Source: Candidatus Heimdallarchaeum aukensis
Lineage (GTDB): Archaea; Asgardarchaeota; Heimdallarchaeia; Heimdallarchaeales; Heimdallarchaeaceae
DNA: 64,000 nucleotides
NCBI GenBank assembly: GCA_021513695.1
Contig: CP084166.1
Location: forward strand, 64,001 to 128,000
Direction: 5' to 3'
This document shows, one piece after another, positions 18,889 to 26,770 of this stretch. Below the pieces are notes generated by a model. The model did not search any database, was not told the DNA's origin, and was given only the letters and a program-made list of their open reading frames with translations. How positions within the stretch are numbered: position 1 is the stretch's first letter; each line of letters opens with the position of its first letter. The translations under genes were made by a program, and so were the position numbers.

Positions 18889-19254
18889 ATGAGTAATATA
18901 AAGAAACTCACTTTTTCTGTAAATCAAAGTAGAAGAGTGATTCGTGCAGCAGAAAACAAGAAAATTGAACCTAAAGAATTGCTTAAAGGTTATGAGCTTA
19001 TGGTAAATACCCTCTTTAAGCATTGGAAAGAAGAATATGCTGAAACTATGGAAATTGACTTTCAAACATTTTTTTATGAAATAATGAAATATGCTGAAGT
19101 TAAATATAGATTAGAAAAGACCAAGTCTGATCTAAAAAAAATAAAAGAAATGTCAGAGTTGTTAAACGAAGCCATTGAAGAATATAAAGAAGATTATACA
19201 ATTTTGAAGGCTATAGAAGATAGTTTGAGAAATATGGGTGTTGAGTGGGTTTAA
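18889..19254 (+). CDS. Hypothetical small, charged, helical protein (121 aa).
   Basis: The ORF contains no recognisable motifs. It directly abuts the next ORF (TAAATG) upstream of the serine recombinase. Confidence 0.45.
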   Translation: MSNIKKLTFSVNQSRRVIRAAENKKIEPKELLKGYELMVNTLFKHWKEEYAETMEIDFQTFFYEIMKYAEVKYRLEKTKSDLKKIKEMSELLNEAIEEYKEDYTILKAIEDSLRNMGVEWV

Positions 19255-19704
19255 ATGAAATTGAATATTACCCAATTTAAGATTAAATTCAAGGATAAAA
19301 TAGAAATTGAAAATGAAGAGAAATTTGCAGATAATATAATCTATTATTATCCGTTTTTTCAATCTTTAGATAAAAATGAGTTAGAGAAGTCTCTTCAATC
19401 AATAAGAGAAGAAAAAAAAGTCTTGGAGAAAAAATTCAAAAAAATAAAAGAAGAGTTCTCAGATATACTGGGAGAGATAGCAAAAATACGTTTCACAGCT
19501 AATGAATTATATAATCAAAATAGGGTTATAGCTCTGACTACAGGGTTATTAAGACATAAGCTGATAGATTTACATAATAATAATGTTGAACTTCCTTTTG
19601 ATTATGAGGAAACACTTAAGTTTGTAGAACATTTTATTTATAGATATTTAACTAAAAAAGAAGATAAAAGACTTGTTGCCCAGCTACCTTTTAAAGAGAT
19701 TTGA
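19255..19704 (+). CDS. Hypothetical coiled-coil protein (149 aa).
   Basis: The ORF has a K/E-rich predicted coiled-coil segment (EKSLQSIREEKKVLEKKFKKIKEEF). It forms an operon-like unit with the 18889 ORF and the recombinase. Confidence 0.45.
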   Translation: MKLNITQFKIKFKDKIEIENEEKFADNIIYYYPFFQSLDKNELEKSLQSIREEKKVLEKKFKKIKEEFSDILGEIAKIRFTANELYNQNRVIALTTGLLRHKLIDLHNNNVELPFDYEETLKFVEHFIYRYLTKKEDKRLVAQLPFKEI

Positions 19705-19745
19705 GAAAATTCACACTTTTTCTATTTGGAATAGTAATACTAAGT

Positions 19746-19753
19746 TTTATATT
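19746..19753 (+). promoter_or_regulatory. Candidate TATA box (TTTATATT) for the serine recombinase gene.
   Basis: It lies about 31-38 nt upstream of the ATG at 19784. Confidence 0.3.
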
Positions 19754-19783
19754 AAAAATAGAGAACCTTATTGCAAGGTCAAA

Positions 19784-20506
19784 ATGATTCGTTGTGTTAT
19801 TTATGCTCGTACATCTACAGCTGATCAAACTAGTGGGTTAGAAACACAGATTGAAGATGTAACGGCTAAGATATATCAAGCTGGAGATAGAGCAATAGTA
19901 AGAATAATTAAAGATCAAGATATTGCAGGCGATAGTGACCCTGAATATAGACCCGGATTTAAAGAAATCCTAGAAATGGCAAAGAATAATCAATTTGATG
20001 AGTTATGGTCTCAATCAAGAGACAGATTGTCAAGAGACGTTGATATTTTGGGTTATATTCGCATTCTTCTAAAAAAGAATAATGTTTCTATAGTTTGTTT
20101 AGATGATGAAGAAAACAAGGTTATTTCTAGAGTTAAAGACCTATTTGGTGAAATGGAACTTCAAAAATATAGAGAAAAAAGATACAAAGGAATGATGAGA
20201 AGACTAAAGGAACAAAAAGTAATGTCAAGACCTCCTTTTGGTTATAAAGTGAATGAGGAAGGAAAATTAGTTGTAGATGAGGAAAAAGCAGCAATAATTA
20301 GAAGGCTCTTTTCTGAATTTGACAACCCTTTGGCTTCTTTGAAAAGTTTAAGTTTGAAATATAATTTATCTGTCTCTACACTGCGAAATATTCGTTCAAA
20401 CCCAATTTATCGAACTGGTGAAGTACGTTGGGCAGGAAAAATTGCTTATTATGTTGATCCTATTGTCCCTGAAAATAAAGATCAAAAACTTAAGTTAGAC
20501 GACTAA
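19784..20506 (+). CDS. Serine recombinase: a resolvase/invertase-type catalytic domain plus a partial large-serine-recombinase-type 'recombinase' domain.
   Basis: MIRCVIYARTSTADQ contains the catalytic Ser in the Y-A-R-x-S-T-x-x-Q context, and the DRLSRD motif is present. The C-terminal region has the RPPFGYKV (PFGY) motif typical of the recombinase domain of large serine recombinases. The track ORF start (19673) is TTG; the ATG at 19784 gives a canonical N-terminus. Confidence 0.8.
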   Translation: MIRCVIYARTSTADQTSGLETQIEDVTAKIYQAGDRAIVRIIKDQDIAGDSDPEYRPGFKEILEMAKNNQFDELWSQSRDRLSRDVDILGYIRILLKKNNVSIVCLDDEENKVISRVKDLFGEMELQKYREKRYKGMMRRLKEQKVMSRPPFGYKVNEEGKLVVDEEKAAIIRRLFSEFDNPLASLKSLSLKYNLSVSTLRNIRSNPIYRTGEVRWAGKIAYYVDPIVPENKDQKLKLDD

Positions 20507-20520
20507 TTTTAGTATTTAGA

Positions 20521-21429
20521 TTAACTATACACCTTTTTTATGATATTTTCAGAAAGAGTATACTTTTCTCCTATAGGTTTTTTGTTAAGTCCTTTCTCAC
20601 TTATGTATCCACTTATTAGCTCTCGAGGGATTTTCTCAAAATGAACATCAACTACTTCCAAATTGGGATCATACTCTGTATTCCACAAATCAGTGCTTTC
20701 TGAAGGCATTATTTTGCCTATTACATCTATTTCTTTGAGCATAACCTTTTTCGCTGTTGCACCCACAATGAAAGGAATACTGTATTCTTCAGCTAACTTT
20801 GCCAAAATGTAACTCCCCGCCTTGTTAACTACTTCTCCTTGAGGAAAGATACTGTCTGCTCCAATAATTGCTAAAGTAGGTTTATATTTGTCAAACATAA
20901 CCTTCATTGCTGCATCAAAACTATAACGAACTTTATGTCCTATTTTCAGTAGTTCCTCTGCTAATGTTTTGCCTTCTTTCTTTGGACTAGATTCAAATAT
21001 AATAACTTCTAGTGGCTGTTTATAGAGTTCTTTTCCTACTCTTAACGATTCAAGTACAGTGCTTGCTCTGGAAAAAGTAATTATTGTCTTCTCTTCGAAG
21101 ATATGTTTAGAAATGTTTTGAGCGAGTATTTTCTTACTATTGTTTAATTTTTCAAGTTGTATAGACGGTATTTTCTCTAATTCTACTCCATTTTCCAGAA
21201 GTGACAAAAATTCTAGAACCAAATTTCGGAGGATAATCATATTTTTATTAATGTTAATGATCGGTAATAACTGATCAATTTTCTCATTTGTTGAATAATT
21301 ATCCCAAAGAGTAAAGTTTTTTTCAATTTCTTCTTTTAATATGAGTAAAACTTTTTCTGTTATTTCCATTGCTCCACTTGTTTTATCATCTCTTAAACTT
21401 TCAATCTCTTTGAAAAAGAATCCACTCAT
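20521..21429 (-). CDS. Protein of the eIF-2B alpha/beta/delta-like family. It could be a ribose-1,5-bisphosphate isomerase or a methylthioribose-1-phosphate isomerase.
   Basis: IIGADSIFPQGEVVNKAGSYILAKLAEEYSIPFIVGATAKK matches the family signature GADrI..nGdv.NKiGT..lA..A....iPfyV.ap. Confidence 0.7.
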   Translation of the reverse strand: MSGFFFKEIESLRDDKTSGAMEITEKVLLILKEEIEKNFTLWDNYSTNEKIDQLLPIININKNMIILRNLVLEFLSLLENGVELEKIPSIQLEKLNNSKKILAQNISKHIFEEKTIITFSRASTVLESLRVGKELYKQPLEVIIFESSPKKEGKTLAEELLKIGHKVRYSFDAAMKVMFDKYKPTLAIIGADSIFPQGEVVNKAGSYILAKLAEEYSIPFIVGATAKKVMLKEIDVIGKIMPSESTDLWNTEYDPNLEVVDVHFEKIPRELISGYISEKGLNKKPIGEKYTLSENIIKKVYS

Positions 21430-21562
21430 ATAAAGATTAGATTAAGATAAAATAAAAAAGGTTACTAATTTTTTTTCTTATTTTTTAAATTGTCCAGATT
21501 TTTTGAGTGAACGTTTTAAATAAAAATTTAAAAGTAAGCGTTAATGAACGAACTCTAGAAAA

Positions 21563-22327
21563 ATGAAACAAGAAAACTCTGTTCCTTTCTTCACTGTTGC
21601 TGCAGGATTTAGCAATTATACTCGAGAATATCCTGCATATGTTGAAAAATTTGGAAAAGAAAATGTAGAATGGGCTTGTTATGCTGATAAATATACAACT
21701 GAAGAGCATATTGAGGAAATAAAGACACATTTTCCAAATGGTCGTCCATTTATTTTAATTGGTCATTCCTTAGGTGGATCATTAATTATTGAGATGTTGG
21801 CTAGAGAAAAGATGCCATCTGAGTGTAAAGGTATTGTTTTAGTAGGTGCAAGTAGAAGATTGTATCCTCACCCTGCTTTGAATTTTGCCTTCAGGTTGCC
21901 TGTTCCTCTCATTTATGCTTTCTCAGCTTTTCTTATGTTGATTTTTCCAATATTTTTAGTTGCTTACAAGTTCAACTTGCATAAAGCTTTTCATGCATCT
22001 TTTGAGGGATTTTGGAGATTAGTTGAAAATGGAGCAAAAAGGATGAAGAAAGAGTTTAACTATTGTTTGAGAGATATAGGAAAAAATGTTAGCGATATTC
22101 TTGAAGAAAATAAACACATTCCTGTACTTTTCATCAGATTAAAAAAAGACATAATGATAAGAGAAGAGGACGTTGAAGAAACAAAAAGCTTTTTCCACAA
22201 GCACAAAGAAAGAATTATTCCAATTGACACTATACATCTAAACCACGAGTTTGATAGTGTTGTAGCTGACATAATCAATGAAGAATTACCCTTTTTTGGT
22301 TTTGAAAGTTTCCAAAAAGGGAACTAA
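21563..22327 (+). CDS. Alpha/beta-hydrolase fold protein.
   Basis: It has a nucleophile elbow (GHSLGG, i.e. G-x-S-x-G) and a central hydrophobic segment. Confidence 0.55.
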   Translation: MKQENSVPFFTVAAGFSNYTREYPAYVEKFGKENVEWACYADKYTTEEHIEEIKTHFPNGRPFILIGHSLGGSLIIEMLAREKMPSECKGIVLVGASRRLYPHPALNFAFRLPVPLIYAFSAFLMLIFPIFLVAYKFNLHKAFHASFEGFWRLVENGAKRMKKEFNYCLRDIGKNVSDILEENKHIPVLFIRLKKDIMIREEDVEETKSFFHKHKERIIPIDTIHLNHEFDSVVADIINEELPFFGFESFQKGN

Positions 22328-22480
22328 ATAATAATCAGGTTAAAAGAAACTCAACCCCTTAAATTGAAAATTAAATATAATTACAAATTCCATTTCTTTT
22401 TTTTAAATTTGAAAATCAATATTTAGTTACCGCTTTACTCTTTCAGAAAAAGTAAAAAAGCCCATCGAAATTTGAATTTA

Positions 22481-23401
22481 ATGGTTTCTATAACTTTCAT
22501 ACTTGCAATAATTTTTGGACTGATCTCTTATGCAGCTTATAACTTAGGTTTTGCATTGGAAAAAGAAGTTGTTGATAAAATAGATGAAAAAGATAAGAAA
22601 CCATTTTCAAAATACTTACTGCGTTTATTGAAAGAAAAAAGATGGCTAGCTGGCCTTTTCTTGACTTTCTTAAGTGTTCCATTTTATTATATTGCTTTGA
22701 TTTGGGTTCCTTTAGTAGCTATCTCCCCCTTATCTGGTTTTGGACTGGTTGTGTTAGCTATATATGCTCATGTTAAAGTTAAAGAAAAAATTAGTGTAGT
22801 TGAATTAAGTGCAATAGTTTCTGCTATAATAGGTATAAGCTTATCTTCTATTATTACAAGTAAGTATTCGATTACAATTACCCACGATGAATGGACAAAT
22901 TCTGTAATATCGCTTAAAGGTTTATTTTTAGGAATAAGCGTTTTAATATCTTTTCTGCTTTGCGCTCTTGTTTCGATATTTTCTAAAAAAAATAACTTAA
23001 AATTAATTTCTTTAGCACTGATTTCTGGATTATCTGCTGGAATTCAAGCAATAATTGTTAAAGGCATAGGTTCTTTAATTTATGATTATGGATTGACTAA
23101 TGTTTTTCTGTTATTTGTTTATTTAGCTCTATTAATTATTACTGCAGCTATTTCTACTTTAGTTCTTCAAATAGCTTTTAAATATGGAAAGGTTTCCACT
23201 TCTATGGCAATTTATAATGGACTAGTAACTATTTTACCAATCTGTTTTGCAGGTATTTTGTTAAACGAATGGCGACCAATTCCTTTGCTTTCTAAATTTA
23301 TTCTGGCTATTGCAATTTCTTTGACTGTCTTTGCTATCGTCTTATTAAGTTTAAGCCACTTAAAACACAATAATAGTGAAGAAAAAACCAAAAAAAAATG
23401 A
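22481..23401 (+). CDS. Polytopic integral membrane protein (about 10 TM helices), possibly DMT/EamA-like.
   Basis: Hydrophobic helices run throughout, with no soluble domain. The track start at 22472 is TTG; the ATG is at 22481. Confidence 0.5.
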   Translation: MVSITFILAIIFGLISYAAYNLGFALEKEVVDKIDEKDKKPFSKYLLRLLKEKRWLAGLFLTFLSVPFYYIALIWVPLVAISPLSGFGLVVLAIYAHVKVKEKISVVELSAIVSAIIGISLSSIITSKYSITITHDEWTNSVISLKGLFLGISVLISFLLCALVSIFSKKNNLKLISLALISGLSAGIQAIIVKGIGSLIYDYGLTNVFLLFVYLALLIITAAISTLVLQIAFKYGKVSTSMAIYNGLVTILPICFAGILLNEWRPIPLLSKFILAIAISLTVFAIVLLSLSHLKHNNSEEKTKKK

Positions 23402-23417
23402 TTGAATTAAAAAAGAA

Positions 23418-24776
23418 CTAGTCATCTTCTTTTTTTAGCAATCTTAATGTTTTTTTCTCTACCTCTTCTAGCACTTTTTCAATAATAATGGAATCAAAGT
23501 CATAATTCTTAATGACTATTTTTCCATTAACAATTACGTTTTTTATTTCTGAACCATTCATTGAATAAGCAAAATGACTCAATAATGAATCAGAAGAGAT
23601 AGCAGGAGTTAAATGTGGTTTTTTAAGATCAATTGTAACAATATCTGCGAGTGAATCTTGTTCTAAACTTCCTATACCCTTCCATCTTAAAGCTTTTGCT
23701 CCTCCAATCGTAGCTAACCAAAATGTATCCTTTGCTTTTATTACTTCTGGGTCAGAAAGTAATCCCTTATAAAATAAAGCTAAATACCTTACAGTATCAA
23801 AAATATTTAATGTATTGTTACTTGCTGGTCCATCAGTCCCTAATCCCAAATTTTCTATTTTTCTTATCATCTTATCCAATGGAGGCATATGATTTCCAAG
23901 TTTTGAGTTAGATAAAGGATTTACAATAACTCTAACTTTGTTTTTTCGAAGTTTAACGATATCTTCTCTTGAAACATGAATACAGTGGGCAGTTAACAGG
24001 TATTCATGTAATAATCCTATTTTTTCCATTAATTCTACTGAAGAATTGACATCAGGAAAATCTTCATTTTTATTGAGGTTAAACTTTTTAGCTTGAGTTA
24101 ATTCATCTTCTGGTTCTGCTAAATGGGTATGGATGAGTAATTTGTCTACATCTTCGCATTCTTGATTTCTGTTTAGTATATATTCATTTGCTTCAACAAA
24201 GTCAGAAATTGTTACTGTATAAGGAGAATGCAAAGATAAAGCAGCTCGGACTCTTCCTTTCTCTGAATTATGAAGTTTAGTTGCAAGAGAAAGAGAATTT
24301 TTCAGATTATTCATCCCAGAAATAACAGGAGGACCAACCATTCCTCTTATTAGAGTATCTTTAATTGCCTTTGCTTCTTCTTCAGGATACCAATACATTG
24401 AATTGATTGTAGTTACTCCAGCAAGTAAAGATTCTATAGCTCCTAATTTGGCACCATAATAAACATCTTCTGCTGTCAATTTTCTTTCCATTGGCCAAAT
24501 ATGATCTTGAAGCCAGATATTAAGAGGTAAGTCATCAGCTATTCCTCTAAACAAAGTCATTGCCAAATGGGTATGGCCATTAATTAACCCAGGGATAAGT
24601 AATTGATTTTCATCTCCTACTTTGTCATGTCCTACAACATCTTTTTTGACTTCAGAATATTTTCCTATATTTACAATCCTTTCTTGTTCAACCACTATTC
24701 CAGGATCTTCAATAAAATGGAGTTTTAAATCTGAAGAAAAGTAGAGAGCATATTTTCCTCTTATTACTAGTTCCAT
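23418..24776 (-). CDS. Amidohydrolase-superfamily deaminase (MtaD/SAH-deaminase/chlorohydrolase-like).
   Basis: It carries the GLINGHTHLAMTLFRG HxH metal-binding motif and the downstream His/Asp blocks (HTHLAE, HCIHVS, LGTDGPASNN). Confidence 0.7.
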   Translation of the reverse strand: MELVIRGKYALYFSSDLKLHFIEDPGIVVEQERIVNIGKYSEVKKDVVGHDKVGDENQLLIPGLINGHTHLAMTLFRGIADDLPLNIWLQDHIWPMERKLTAEDVYYGAKLGAIESLLAGVTTINSMYWYPEEEAKAIKDTLIRGMVGPPVISGMNNLKNSLSLATKLHNSEKGRVRAALSLHSPYTVTISDFVEANEYILNRNQECEDVDKLLIHTHLAEPEDELTQAKKFNLNKNEDFPDVNSSVELMEKIGLLHEYLLTAHCIHVSREDIVKLRKNKVRVIVNPLSNSKLGNHMPPLDKMIRKIENLGLGTDGPASNNTLNIFDTVRYLALFYKGLLSDPEVIKAKDTFWLATIGGAKALRWKGIGSLEQDSLADIVTIDLKKPHLTPAISSDSLLSHFAYSMNGSEIKNVIVNGKIVIKNYDFDSIIIEKVLEEVEKKTLRLLKKEDD

Positions 24777-24912
24777 AAATTCTATTTATTCTACTTTTTT
24801 CAAAAATTTTTGGGTAAAAAATATTTAAGTTGTATAACATTCGGTTGCCTTTGAACAAATAATTAAATATGTTTTAACTATAATACTATATAGAAATTTC
24901 AGAGATGATTTT

Positions 24913-26769
24913 ATGAATAAAATAAATATTATATTAACCTATTTAGTGGTTTCTAGTTTTCTTATCCTCTCTGGATCTGTTTATGCTGCCGATGTTTCTG
25001 GTTCAACAATTGAAGCTTCACCTTCTGATATTTATGAGTATCAGATAACTAGTATTACTGTTACTTCAAAGAATGGAGTAGGTACTGCACTTGGAGGAGT
25101 AACTGTAAATATCTCTGCTCAAGAAGGTTCCTTTGTTGAAAATGAGATGAAGTACATAATCTTAACTACAAATGACAATGGTATTGCTTCCGCTGATTGG
25201 AAAGCTCCTGAAGCTAAGAGTGCAGTAGAAGCTAAAGAAGTTACAATAACTGCTGTATTCACTTCTGGTAGTGATACAGCTACAAAAGAATTAAATGTAA
25301 CTGTTCATCCTCTTTCTTTTGATACAAGTACTATAACTATAAGCCCAGATCCAGTTTACGAGACACAGAATTCAACTATTGAGATAACTGCAAAAGGTAC
25401 ATACGGAACCATTGCAGAAGCAAATGTTCATCTAACTTGTGACGATGGAGTGTTTCCAGATTCTGATACTTTCGAGATAGATGTCCAAACAGATTCAGAT
25501 GGAAAAGTTCAAGTTATCTGGAATGCTGATTTAACTACATTAGTTTCTGAACTAAACTATGTTAACTTTACTGCTACAGTAACTTATAGCGGTTCTACAG
25601 CCACTAAAGACTTGACTGGAACTATTTATGTTAATGAACTAGATTTGAGTAGTTCAACAATGGTTGCGTCAAGTACGGATGTAGGAGGAGGGACACATGT
25701 TTCTATTGTTGTTACTGCAGAGGGAGCTTTAGGAGTGATTTCTAACGCAAGAGTAGAGTTAGACGCTCTTGATGGTAAATTCTCCAATAACGAACAAGAT
25801 ATTACAGGATATACTAACTCTTCAGGAATGTATGAGACAGAATGGATAGCTCCTGATGTTTCAAATGCTATTGACATTATAATCTCAGGAACAGTTTCTG
25901 TTGATAACACTCTCGCAACTAAGGATCTAGATGATATAACAATTACTGTTAATCCTATAGTTCACAACTTCACAATAAGTTTAGATGCAAATGCTACAGA
26001 AATAACAGCTGGAGAACCTGTAGAATTAACTGTAACTTTGACTAATGAATTAGGTTATACTGTAGAAGATGCAGAGATTACTTTCAATGCTATGGAAGGA
26101 GAATTTGTAGGTTTTGATGCTCTAACTGCTAAGATTAACAGTTCATCTGAAGGAATTGCTTCTGTAGTATGGAATACAACTGATTTATCTCCACCAATAC
26201 CTAATGGACAGGATTATCCTATAACTATTAATATAGTTAAAGAATTCTATAATTCTGAAGAAGATTCAATAGATATACATGTTAATCCTATTATCCTTAA
26301 ACTAAGCTCTAGCACTACTCCAGATAAGACAACTATAACTCAAGGAGAAAATGTTACATTTACTGTTTTTGTTAGTGCTGGAGAACAAGGAGTAGAAGGA
26401 GCAACTGTAACTATAACCGCTCTAGCAGGTACTTTTGCCAGCAGTGGGAATCAAATTACTTCACTAGAAACAAATTCCACTGGATATGTTACTTTTGTAT
26501 GGATAACAGAAGATATGACAGTAACAACTGCAAAGAACTATACATTTACTATCGATGCAGCCCTTCCAGGATATGATTCATCAGAACAAGAAACAGTTAC
26601 TATATTAGTTAATCCAGTTGATACAGGAGGAGCAGAACCTACACAAACTACTACTCCTACAGGAGGATTGTCTACAATGACTAAACTAGGTATCCTTCTT
26701 GGAGCACTTGGAGGAGTGGTTCTATTAGGAGGTTTAGGTTACTTCTTAATTAGTAGACGAGGTATATAA
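24913..26769 (+). CDS. Secreted cell-surface protein: about six Ig-like (Big_1/invasin-like) domains, a Thr-rich linker and a C-terminal TM anchor.
   Basis: The signal peptide is MNKINIILTYLVVSSFLILSGSVYA. Blocks of the form TxDxxGxAxxxWxAP recur (TNDNGIASADWKAPE, TDSDGKVQVIWNAD, TNSSGMYETEWIAPD, SSSEGIASVVWNTTD, TNSTGYVTFVWITED). The C-terminus is TQTTTPTGGLSTMTKLGILLGALGGVVLLGGLGYFLISRRGI. Confidence 0.6.
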   Translation: MNKINIILTYLVVSSFLILSGSVYAADVSGSTIEASPSDIYEYQITSITVTSKNGVGTALGGVTVNISAQEGSFVENEMKYIILTTNDNGIASADWKAPEAKSAVEAKEVTITAVFTSGSDTATKELNVTVHPLSFDTSTITISPDPVYETQNSTIEITAKGTYGTIAEANVHLTCDDGVFPDSDTFEIDVQTDSDGKVQVIWNADLTTLVSELNYVNFTATVTYSGSTATKDLTGTIYVNELDLSSSTMVASSTDVGGGTHVSIVVTAEGALGVISNARVELDALDGKFSNNEQDITGYTNSSGMYETEWIAPDVSNAIDIIISGTVSVDNTLATKDLDDITITVNPIVHNFTISLDANATEITAGEPVELTVTLTNELGYTVEDAEITFNAMEGEFVGFDALTAKINSSSEGIASVVWNTTDLSPPIPNGQDYPITINIVKEFYNSEEDSIDIHVNPIILKLSSSTTPDKTTITQGENVTFTVFVSAGEQGVEGATVTITALAGTFASSGNQITSLETNSTGYVTFVWITEDMTVTTAKNYTFTIDAALPGYDSSEQETVTILVNPVDTGGAEPTQTTTPTGGLSTMTKLGILLGALGGVVLLGGLGYFLISRRGI

Positions 26770-26770
26770 T

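Noticed and set aside
19673-19783. 37-aa N-terminal extension of the serine recombinase starting at the track start codon.
   Set aside because: The track start is TTG. The extension pushes the catalytic YARTST motif far from the N-terminus. The ATG at 19784, with a TATA-like TTTATATT about 35 nt upstream, gives the canonical architecture.
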